From Bacillota bacterium (GTDB lineage: Bacteria > Bacillota > Clostridia > Peptostreptococcales > Anaerovoracaceae): a stretch of DNA of 64,000 bases. The stretch's first letter is position 1. Each line of letters starts with the position of its first letter. Location: NCBI GenBank assembly GCA_021769295.1, contig JAETTD010000011.1, forward strand, positions 134 to 64,133, given 5' to 3'. A program made the translations under genes and the position numbers. Shown here in pieces: positions 43,768 to 51,727 of the stretch. The notes under the pieces were generated by a model. It ran no database searches, had not been told where the DNA came from, and saw nothing but the letters and a program-made list of their open reading frames with translations.

Positions 43768-45507
43768 ATGAAGGAGATAATGTTAGGAAACAAAGCGCTC
43801 GCACGGGGACTTTATGAAGCCGGCGTAAGCGTTGTGTCCAGTTACCCCGGCACACCGAGCACCGAGGTGACTGAAGAAATAGCAAAATATGACGAGGTAT
43901 ACTGCGAATGGGCGCCCAACGAAAAAGTCGCCATGGAAGTAGCCTTCGGCGCTTCTCTCGCAGGAAAGAGAAGCTTCTGCGCAATGAAACATGTGGGACT
44001 TAACGTTGCAGCCGACCCGCTTTTCACCTGCTCATATACAGGCGTAAACGGAGGAATGGTAATATGCGTTGCCGACGACCCGGGAATGCACTCCTCACAG
44101 AACGAGCAGGACTCACGTCATCACGCAGTTGCGTCAAAGGTTCCTATGCTCGAGCCTTCCGACTCAGAAGAGGCTTACAGGTTTGCCAAGAAAGCATTTG
44201 AAATATCAGAAGAATACGACACCCCGGTAATAATAAAAATGTGCACGAGAATCGCTCATTCCCAGAGCGTAGTGGAAACGTCAGAACGCAAGGAGCCGGA
44301 GCAAAAGCCGTACATAAAAAACATCGCCAAGTATGTAATGATGCCGGCATACGCCATAAAGCGTCATCCCGTAGTCGAAGAAAGGATGAACAAGCTAAAA
44401 GACCTTGCAGAGGATGGTGAGTTCAACCGCATAGAAAAGGGAGACAAATCCCTTGGAATCATTACATCATCCACCTGTTATCAATACGCCAAAGAAGTGT
44501 TCGGAGACAAAGCCTGCATCTTAAAGCTGGGCATGGTCAATCCGCTGCCAGAAAAGCTTATCCTCGACTTCGCAGCAAGCGTCGACAAACTGGTGATAAT
44601 AGAAGAACTGGATCCGGTGATAGAAAATCACTGCAAACAGCTGGGACTTGAAGTCAGCGGAAAAGACATCTTCCCTGTGGAAGGAGAATTCAGCCAGAAC
44701 CTCATAGCCCAAAAACTGGGAGTAAAAGAACCAACTTTTACATCCCTCGACGAGACCATGCCTGTAAGGCCGCCTGTCATGTGTGCAGGATGTCCGCACA
44801 GAGGACTGTTTTACGTGCTGTCAAAGAACAAATGCACCGTACTGGGAGACATAGGATGCTATACTCTCGGCGCCGTAGCACCTCTTTCCGCCATGGAGAT
44901 GACATTGTGCATGGGCGCTTCCATAAGCTCAATACACGGATTCAACAAGGCCCTTGGAGAAGAAAGCGAAGGAAAGACGGTAGCTGTTATCGGAGACTCA
45001 ACCTTCATGCACTCCGGAATGACAGGCCTTGCAAACATAGCTTATAACCAGAGCAATTCTACCGTAATAATTCTGGACAATTCCATTACGGGAATGACAG
45101 GACACCAGCAAAATCCTACTACAGGTTACAATATAAAAGGCGACCCGGCAGGAAAAATAGATTTGGAGGCTCTCTGCAAAGCCATGGGATTTAACCGCAT
45201 AGCAGTGGTAGACCCTTATGACCTGGCAGAATGTGACAGAGTTCTCAAGGAAGAACTCAAAGCAAAAGAACCTTCCGTAATAATCAGCCGCCGGCCGTGC
45301 GCACTGTTAAAATATGTAAAGCATAATCCGCCTCTTAAAGCCGATGAAAAGAACTGCACAGGCTGCAAGTCATGTATGCGCCTTGGCTGTCCTGCCATAA
45401 GCATAAAGAATAAAAAAGCTGTAATCGACAATACCCTGTGCGTAGGCTGCGGAGTATGTATGCAGCTTTGCAAATTCGACGCATTGAAGCTTCAGGAGGT
45501 GAAATAA
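43768..45507 (+). CDS. iorA: Indolepyruvate:ferredoxin oxidoreductase alpha subunit
   Basis: 579 aa. TPP-binding region GDSTFMHSGMTGL and two C-terminal [4Fe-4S] motifs (CTGCKSCMRLGCP, CVGCGVCMQLC). An alternative start is ATG 43780. Confidence 0.92.
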   Translation: MKEIMLGNKALARGLYEAGVSVVSSYPGTPSTEVTEEIAKYDEVYCEWAPNEKVAMEVAFGASLAGKRSFCAMKHVGLNVAADPLFTCSYTGVNGGMVICVADDPGMHSSQNEQDSRHHAVASKVPMLEPSDSEEAYRFAKKAFEISEEYDTPVIIKMCTRIAHSQSVVETSERKEPEQKPYIKNIAKYVMMPAYAIKRHPVVEERMNKLKDLAEDGEFNRIEKGDKSLGIITSSTCYQYAKEVFGDKACILKLGMVNPLPEKLILDFAASVDKLVIIEELDPVIENHCKQLGLEVSGKDIFPVEGEFSQNLIAQKLGVKEPTFTSLDETMPVRPPVMCAGCPHRGLFYVLSKNKCTVLGDIGCYTLGAVAPLSAMEMTLCMGASISSIHGFNKALGEESEGKTVAVIGDSTFMHSGMTGLANIAYNQSNSTVIILDNSITGMTGHQQNPTTGYNIKGDPAGKIDLEALCKAMGFNRIAVVDPYDLAECDRVLKEELKAKEPSVIISRRPCALLKYVKHNPPLKADEKNCTGCKSCMRLGCPAISIKNKKAVIDNTLCVGCGVCMQLCKFDALKLQEVK

Positions 45508-45508
45508 A

Positions 45509-46075
45509 ATGACAAAAAATATTATGATTGTCGGAGTAGGCGGTCAGGGAACGCTGCTTGCCAGTAAAATTTTAGGTCAACTGATGCTTTCCGAAGGCTA
45601 CGATGTAAAAGTTTCCGAAGTTCACGGAATGAGCCAGAGAGGCGGAAGCGTAGTTACATACGTTCGCTTCGGAGAAAAGGTTTATTCACCGATAATAGAT
45701 AAGGGAGAAGCTGATTTTATAATAGCTTTCGAGCAGCTTGAAGCCGCAAGATACGTGGAATATCTAAAAGCAGACGGCCGCATTATAACCAACACCCAGC
45801 AGATAGACCCTATGCCTGTAATTACGGGGGCGGCAGAATACCCGGAAAACCTCATAGAAAGCATGAAAAACAAAGGCATTAACGTGGATGCTTTCGACTG
45901 TCTTGCCCTTGCCAATGAAGCCGGCTCCTCCAAGGCAGTAAATATCGTACTTATGGGCAGAGTCTCGAAATATTTTGATATACCCGTTGAAAAATGGGAA
46001 AAAGCAGTCGAAGAATGTGTTCCCGCAAAATTCCTTGAACTGAACAAAAAAGCATTTAAGCTTGGAAGAGGCTAA
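45509..46075 (+). CDS. iorB: Indolepyruvate:ferredoxin oxidoreductase beta subunit
   Basis: 188 aa with VGVGGQGTLLASKILG. The start lies 1 nt after the iorA stop. Confidence 0.9.
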   Translation: MTKNIMIVGVGGQGTLLASKILGQLMLSEGYDVKVSEVHGMSQRGGSVVTYVRFGEKVYSPIIDKGEADFIIAFEQLEAARYVEYLKADGRIITNTQQIDPMPVITGAAEYPENLIESMKNKGINVDAFDCLALANEAGSSKAVNIVLMGRVSKYFDIPVEKWEKAVEECVPAKFLELNKKAFKLGRG

Positions 46076-46100
46076 AAATAAATATAAGGAGAAGGACATC

Positions 46101-47408
46101 ATGAAAAGATACTACCAACCGGAAATTGAGACGATGCCTTTGGAACAGCTCAGGGAGCTGCAAAGCCAGAGGCTGGTAGCTCAAGTAAAACATGTATATG
46201 AAAATGTTGAATTTTACCGTAAGCGCATGGACGAAGCAGGCGTAAAACCTGAAGACATCCACGGCATAGAAGATCTGCACAAGCTTCCATTTATAGAAAA
46301 AGACGACCTTCGTGACCAGTATCCTTACGGACTTTTGGCAGTTCCTCTGTCAGACTGCGTGAGAATTCAGTCCACAAGCGGAACCACAGGCCGACGCGTA
46401 GTAGCTTTTTATACCCAGCACGACATAGACCTGTGGGACGAATGCTGTGCCAGAGCAATCGTTGCAGCAGGCGGAACCAAAGACGACGTATGTCAGGTCT
46501 GCTATGGCTACGGACTTTTCACAGGAGGTCCCGGCCTAAACGGAGGAAGCCACAAAGTCGGATGTCTGACCCTTCCTATGTCATCGGGAAACACAGACAG
46601 ACAGCTCATGTTTATGGAAGACCTGGAAGCTACAATCTTGTGCTGTACTCCTTCCTATGCATCATACCTTGGGGAAAACGTTGTTGAACGTGGACTTAAA
46701 GATAAAATTAAACTCAAAGCAGGAATCTTCGGTGCGGAGGCATGGACCGAAGAAATGCGCCGCGACATAGAAAACAAGCTTGGAATCAAGGCTTATGACA
46801 TATACGGCCTTACTGAAATTTCAGGACCGGGAGTATCCTTTGAGTGCGAGGAACAGACAGGAATGCACGTAAACGAGGACCACTTCATAGCTGAGATTAT
46901 CAATCCTAAGACAGGAGAAGTTCTGCCTGAAGGAGAAAAAGGCGAGCTGGTATTCACCTCCATAACCAAGGAAGCATTCCCGCTGATGCGTTACCGCACA
47001 AGAGATATATGCGTACTGTCACGTAAGAAATGCTCCTGCGGCCGTACTCACGTTAAGATGTCAAAACCTATGGGAAGAAGCGACGACATGCTTATTGTCA
47101 AGGGTGTAAACGTATTCCCGTCACAAATCGAAATGGTACTGCTCAAAAACGGCCTGACTTCAAACTACCAGATTATAGTAGACAGGGAGAAATATTCAGA
47201 TACGCTGGAAGTACGCGTAGAAATGACTCCGGAATTCTTTACAGATACCCTTACGGATTTGGCTCAGAAAGAAAAGGATGTCGTTGCGCAGCTTAAGAGC
47301 GTTCTCGGAATATACGCCGATGTAAAAATTGTAGAACCTAAGAGCATAGTCAGAAGCGAAGGCAAGGCCGTTCGCGTAATTGACCGTAGAAACTTATATC
47401 AGGGATAA
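46101..47408 (+). CDS. paaK: Phenylacetate-CoA ligase family protein
   Basis: I start at ATG 46101 (AAGGAGAAGG RBS). Starts MKRYYQPEIETMPLEQL and has the AMP motif STSGTTGRRVV. Confidence 0.9.
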   Translation: MKRYYQPEIETMPLEQLRELQSQRLVAQVKHVYENVEFYRKRMDEAGVKPEDIHGIEDLHKLPFIEKDDLRDQYPYGLLAVPLSDCVRIQSTSGTTGRRVVAFYTQHDIDLWDECCARAIVAAGGTKDDVCQVCYGYGLFTGGPGLNGGSHKVGCLTLPMSSGNTDRQLMFMEDLEATILCCTPSYASYLGENVVERGLKDKIKLKAGIFGAEAWTEEMRRDIENKLGIKAYDIYGLTEISGPGVSFECEEQTGMHVNEDHFIAEIINPKTGEVLPEGEKGELVFTSITKEAFPLMRYRTRDICVLSRKKCSCGRTHVKMSKPMGRSDDMLIVKGVNVFPSQIEMVLLKNGLTSNYQIIVDREKYSDTLEVRVEMTPEFFTDTLTDLAQKEKDVVAQLKSVLGIYADVKIVEPKSIVRSEGKAVRVIDRRNLYQG

Positions 47409-47421
47409 GGAGGAAGGAATC

Positions 47422-47853
47422 ATGACTATTAAACAGATTTCCATTTTTGCGGAAAACCGTCCGGGAGGCGTGCTCAATGTAGTGCAAGCTCTGGCAGGAG
47501 TTTCTGTGGATATCAGAGCCCTCAATGTGGCCGATACCAAGGATTACGGAATTATCCGCATGATTGTCAGCGATGCTGAAAAAGCCGAAAAGGTTCTTGC
47601 TGAAAACGGCGGCGTTTTCATAGTCAACGACGTAATAGGCGTAAGAATCCCGGATGCGCCGGGAGGACTTTCGGCCGTGCTTTCTCTGCTGGCAAAGAAA
47701 GGTGTAAATGTAGAGTATCTATATGCTTTCATAAACACCTCCGGCTCAAACGCATGCGTAGTGCTGCGTGTAAACGACAACGAATACGCCCAAAAGGTAT
47801 TGGTTGACGCAGGCATGTCCCTGCTCACCGATGACGACATAAAGAAACTGTAA
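47422..47853 (+). CDS. ACT-domain protein
   Basis: I start at ATG 47422 (AGGAGGAAGG RBS). Two ACT-like repeats (ISIFAENRPGGVLNV, GVRIPDAPGGLSAVL). This is the usual last gene of iorAB-paaK clusters. Confidence 0.85.
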   Translation: MTIKQISIFAENRPGGVLNVVQALAGVSVDIRALNVADTKDYGIIRMIVSDAEKAEKVLAENGGVFIVNDVIGVRIPDAPGGLSAVLSLLAKKGVNVEYLYAFINTSGSNACVVLRVNDNEYAQKVLVDAGMSLLTDDDIKKL

Positions 47854-47870
47854 ATTATGTAAATAAAAAA

Positions 47871-47894
47871 GAGGCCGTAGAGACGGCCTCTTTT
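47871..47894. terminator. Rho-independent terminator with flanking A- and T-tracts
   Basis: GAGGCCGT (47871-47878) / ACGGCCTC (47883-47890) with an AGAG loop. Preceded by AAAAAA and followed by TTTT. Confidence 0.85.
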
Positions 47895-47919
47895 GAGTTG
47901 TATTGCAGCTTTAGCGGTC

Positions 47920-47971
47920 GATTTGAGCACGGAGTGCTCAAATCAATAGACTACCGGCTATGCCGGTAGTC
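47920..47971. repeat. Two adjacent perfect hairpins with 3-nt loops
   Basis: GATTTGAGCAC-GGA-GTGCTCAAATC (47920-47944) and GACTACCGGC-TAT-GCCGGTAGTC (47949-47971). A 16-nt palindrome GGCTGCCATGGCAGCC follows at 47995-48010. Confidence 0.9.
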
Positions 47972-48094
47972 ATGATAAGCATCGCCGCCAACAGGGCTGC
48001 CATGGCAGCCTTGATGCCTTGCTCGCCTTGATGCCTTGCCGCATTACTGCTTTGTCGCCTTGCTGTCTTATGGATACCTTTCAAGCTAAACCCG

Positions 48095-48193
48095 GGTACA
48101 AAGTATACGAAAACCGGGAAAAGGTATACCTGCGGTATACACCTGAGCAAAACCGTATACAAAGTATACGAAAAATTAAAATCTGTATACCGC
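48095..48193 (+). repeat. GTATAC-dense element, copy 2
   Basis: GTATAC at 48103, 48124, 48135, 48155, 48164 and 48185. Collinear with 25806-25905. Confidence 0.9.
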
Positions 48194-48307
48194 CGCCGAT
48201 TGACCGACGCCGATTGGCCCCGATTGACCACCGATTGACCGCTGCTCCACCGCCGGGACGTACTGCCACAGCCTGTCCGCCACCGCCGGAGCTTTACCAC
48301 CGAAGCC

Positions 48308-49156
48308 TTACATGCCCAGCAATCCGGCGGCATTTTCGGAGAAAAACATCTCCTGCTCACGGTCCGTAAGGCCTATATTGCGAAAACGCTCCACATATAT
48401 GCCTTGGTCCTGCCAAGGAGAATCGGTGGCAAACAGGATGCGGGACATGCCGTGCTTTCTTGCAATACGCAAGAACTGCTCATCCGATAGGACAACGCTG
48501 CTGTATGGGTTTTGCTCAACCTCGGGATTCAGAGTTACCGGGCCGATAGAAAAAGAAGCGTCCATAAAGACAGGAGCGCCCGTAAGGTCCGATTCCACCT
48601 CGTTCCAGCAGTCCCAGCCGCCCATGTGAGCCAGTACAAGCTTGGCAGGCTGAACTTCCTTTACTACCCTTAAAATGCTTGAAACGGAAGCGTAGTTGCG
48701 GTCAAAAAGACCTATATCGATACCTGCGTGTATTGTAACTGTCAGGCCAAGCTCCGAGGCATAATCCAGAATCCTCATATTGCGGATGTCGCTGAAATCC
48801 GTATTTTGATATGCAGGATGAAGCTTGATACCGGGCACTCCCCGGTCAGCCAGCCGTTTTAACTCTTTCCGGTAGTTTTCGCAGTCCGGGTGCATTGCGC
48901 CAAAAGAAATTATACCTTTGGCTTTAAGCTCGTCAAAGCTTTCCGCTATGCGGGAATTTAGAGAGCTGACCTGTTTTGGGGAAGTAGCCACCGGGAGATT
49001 TACGCTTAAACCTATGCCGGATTTTTCCATGGAAGATAAAAGTCCCGCAGAAGTGCCGTCCGTATGATATGCCGTTCCCGAATTTCGGCTAAGAGAATAA
49101 AGGGCTCTTTCGGCGATAGAAGCCGGAAAAGTATGGGTGTGAAAATCTATAATCAT
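48308..49156 (-). CDS. Amidohydrolase-family metal-dependent hydrolase (TIM barrel)
   Basis: I start at ATG 49156, 5 nt after AGGAGG. The N-terminal MIIDFHTHTFP is an HxH metal motif. Later VTIHAG and LAHMGG motifs. Confidence 0.8.
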   Translation of the reverse strand: MIIDFHTHTFPASIAERALYSLSRNSGTAYHTDGTSAGLLSSMEKSGIGLSVNLPVATSPKQVSSLNSRIAESFDELKAKGIISFGAMHPDCENYRKELKRLADRGVPGIKLHPAYQNTDFSDIRNMRILDYASELGLTVTIHAGIDIGLFDRNYASVSSILRVVKEVQPAKLVLAHMGGWDCWNEVESDLTGAPVFMDASFSIGPVTLNPEVEQNPYSSVVLSDEQFLRIARKHGMSRILFATDSPWQDQGIYVERFRNIGLTDREQEMFFSENAAGLLGM

Positions 49157-49326
49157 AAAGCCTCCTGTTTTCACGTTAAAGATAATAAATAATAATAAAA
49201 GAAAAAATGCAAGCTGTCAATCTGTGTAAAGAGGGCCGCTGCGGTTGACTTTATGGGAAAACTATGGTATTTTATAATATATCAACATTTTAAAGCTTGA
49301 AAGTTAAAAAGATAAGAGGGATAACA

Positions 49327-50961
49327 ATGCCGGTTACAGATTTATTAGAACGGAATCACAAGCTATATGGCGATGAAGTAGCGCTCGTTGAGCTAAATCC
49401 GAGCTTGAAAGAGACAAAGAAAATCACATGGAAAGAATTTGATTTGGTTCAGCAGACTTCTTCCTCACCTTACAGAAGAGAAATAAGCTGGAGCGTGTTT
49501 GACGAAAAGGCAAACAGAGTAGCCAACATGCTTATCGAACGAGGAATAGGAAAGGGCGACAGAGTCGCAATCTTGATGTTTAACTGCCTTGAATGGCTTC
49601 CCATATATTTCGGAATTTTAAAGAGCGGAGCGATAGCCGTGCCCTTTAATTTCAGATTTGATGCCAAAGAAATAAAATACTGCGCAGATCTGGCAGAGGT
49701 GCAGGTTATATTCTTCGGACCGCAGTTTATAGGACGTATCGAATCCATAGAAGAAGAACTTAACAGAGGCCGCCTGCTCATCTATGTAGGAGACAGCTGT
49801 CCTACTTTTGCGGAAAGCTACCGTGAACTGGTGGCAGACTGCTCAAGCAGACCTCCTATGATAAGACTGGAAGACGAGGACGACGCCGCAATTTACTTCT
49901 CATCGGGAACCACAGGTTTTCCGAAAGCGATTTTACATAATCACGAAAGCCTTTTGCAGGCTGCACAAATGGAGCAAAAGCACCACCTTACAGGCCGTGA
50001 GGACACTTTCCTGTGCATTCCGCCCCTCTACCATACGGGAGCGAAGTTTCACTGGATGGGAAGCCTGTGTGCAGGAAGCAAGGCTGTTCTTCTGACAGGA
50101 ACGGAGCCGGAAACCATTCTTGAGACCATATCAAAAGAAAAATGCACAATAGTTTGGCTGCTGGTGCCTTGGGCTCAGGACATCCTCGAAGCCCTTGACT
50201 CAGGAAGAATAAAGCTTTCCGATTATGAGCTTGACCAGTGGCGCCTTATGCACATAGGAGCGCAGCCCGTTCCGCCGTCACTCATAAGACACTGGAAAGA
50301 ATATTTCCCTAAGCATCTTTATGATACCAACTACGGACTGTCAGAATCCACAGGTCCGGGATGCGTTCATCTTGGAGTTGAAAATATACATAAGGTGGGA
50401 GCCATAGGAGTGCCCGGATACCGCTGGGAATGTAAGATAGTCGGCCCGGACGACGAAGAAGTCAAGCAGGGGGAAGTCGGCGAACTGTGCGTCAAAGGCC
50501 CCGGAGTGATGACCTGCTATTATAACGACCCTAAAGCCACAGCTGAGGTTTTAAAGGACGGCTGGCTCTATACGGGAGACATGGCTATGCAGGACGAAGA
50601 CGGATTTTATTTCCTGGTTGACCGCAAAAAGGACGTAATAGTCAGCGGCGGAGAAAACATCTACCCTGTACAGCTTGAAAATTTCCTGTCGGGTTACAGC
50701 AAGATAAAGGACGTGGCTGTAATCGGCTTGCCTGATGCGAGACTGGGAGAAATCGCAGGAGCAATAATTTCATTGGTGGACGGAGCAGAGTGCAGCGAAG
50801 AGGAAATCAACGAGTTCTGCATGGGACTGCCTCGATACAAGAGGCCTAAGAAGATAATTTTCGCAGATGTGCCGCGCAATGCCACAGGCAAGATAGAAAA
50901 ACCTTTACTCAGAAAAATATACGGCGCAGAGCAGCTCGTAGCTCAGCAAAACCGCGGATAG
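49327..50961 (+). CDS. AMP-dependent acyl-CoA synthetase/ligase
   Basis: I start at ATG 49327 (AGAGGG RBS). AMP motifs YFSSGTTGFPKA, YGLSE and TGDMAMQDEDGFYFLVDRKKD. Confidence 0.9.
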   Translation: MPVTDLLERNHKLYGDEVALVELNPSLKETKKITWKEFDLVQQTSSSPYRREISWSVFDEKANRVANMLIERGIGKGDRVAILMFNCLEWLPIYFGILKSGAIAVPFNFRFDAKEIKYCADLAEVQVIFFGPQFIGRIESIEEELNRGRLLIYVGDSCPTFAESYRELVADCSSRPPMIRLEDEDDAAIYFSSGTTGFPKAILHNHESLLQAAQMEQKHHLTGREDTFLCIPPLYHTGAKFHWMGSLCAGSKAVLLTGTEPETILETISKEKCTIVWLLVPWAQDILEALDSGRIKLSDYELDQWRLMHIGAQPVPPSLIRHWKEYFPKHLYDTNYGLSESTGPGCVHLGVENIHKVGAIGVPGYRWECKIVGPDDEEVKQGEVGELCVKGPGVMTCYYNDPKATAEVLKDGWLYTGDMAMQDEDGFYFLVDRKKDVIVSGGENIYPVQLENFLSGYSKIKDVAVIGLPDARLGEIAGAIISLVDGAECSEEEINEFCMGLPRYKRPKKIIFADVPRNATGKIEKPLLRKIYGAEQLVAQQNRG

Positions 50962-50974
50962 ACTTGCAAACAGC

Positions 50975-51008
50975 AAGCCCCGCGGGCGACAGCCCGCGGG
51001 GCTTCTTT
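50975..51008 (+). terminator. GC-rich hairpin terminator after the acyl-CoA synthetase gene
   Basis: GCCCCGCGGGC (50977-50987) / GCCCGCGGGGC (50992-51002) with a GACA loop, then TTCTTT. Confidence 0.75.
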
Positions 51009-51015
51009 GATTATA

Positions 51016-51056
51016 TACCGCAAATAAGAATGCTTTGATGAACTACGGCATTTTTA
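51016..51056 (+). repeat. Single degenerate plus-oriented unit of the 62-nt hairpin family
   Basis: TACCGCAAAT...30-nt offset...TACGGCATTTTT followed by AAGGC. Same geometry as the units at 7247-7480. Confidence 0.6.
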
Positions 51057-51132
51057 AGGCTTGCCCGGGCATGAATCTTGCCCCTTGACCCATGGCTCTT
51101 GAATCTTGCCCCCTGACTCTTGAACGACAGCC

Positions 51133-51360
51133 CAAATGCCGCGTTTAAAGAAAAATCCGGCATTTCCGGCAGTTTTGACCCTTATCGACCGGCGAAAATG
51201 CCGCAATTAAAAACTTTTTCTTCGTTTCCGGCAGTTTAACCCGTCTTGAAGCCTTAAAAATGCCGTAACTGAAAGAATCTTCGGGATTTGCGGCAGTCCG
51301 ACCGTCCTTTAAGAGGTCAAAATGCCGTAACCGAGAGATTTTTTGAAATTTCCGGCAGTC
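51133..51360 (-). repeat. Array of four hairpin units phased at 62 nt, inverted relative to 7247-7480
   Basis: TGCCG at 51137, 51199, 51261 and 51323. CGGCA at 51167, 51229, 51291 and 51353. Units read AAAATGCCG...CGGCAGT, the reverse complement of the array at 7.2 kb. Confidence 0.9.
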
Positions 51361-51564
51361 GAGGCGATATCGGGACTATGTTGAGGCGATGTTGAAGCAG
51401 TGTGGACTATATCGAGACAGTGTGAGACTATGTTGAGGTGATGCCGAGTCAATAAAGAGCCTTGTGGGTGGCAGCAGTGTGATGCCGAGTCAACGTTGAG
51501 TCGCCCAAAAGGCCTGCCGCTTATAGTCGAGGCCTGTTGTACCTAATAGAAGGACGTGCCGTTG

Positions 51565-51640
51565 CCGGCCGAGGTTTGCTGAGACGCACCAATAGCCCCA
51601 CCGGCCGGGGTTTACTGAGACGCACCAATAGCCCCACCGG
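51565..51640. repeat. Tandem 36-nt direct repeat (2.1 copies) running into a 14-bp hairpin
   Basis: CCGGCCGAGGTTTGCTGAGACGCACCAATAGCCCCA (51565-51600) and CCGGCCGGGGTTTACTGAGACGCACCAATAGCCCCA (51601-51636) have 2 mismatches. The hairpin TAGCCCCACCGGCG / CGCCGGCGGGGCTA spans 51629-51660. Confidence 0.88.
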
Positions 51641-51679
51641 CGCCAGCGCCGGCGGGGCTATTTGATTCATAGACACCGG

Positions 51680-51709
51680 TAAAAAGACCTGCCGTCACCG
51701 GCAGGTCTT
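51680..51709 (-). terminator. Rho-independent terminator of the symporter gene
   Basis: AAGACCTGCCG (51684-51694) / CGGCAGGTCTT (51699-51709) with a 4-nt loop. A-tract at 51681-51685, which is a T-tract on the minus strand. Confidence 0.85.
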
Positions 51710-51727
51710 TCAATTCTTCTTATCAGG

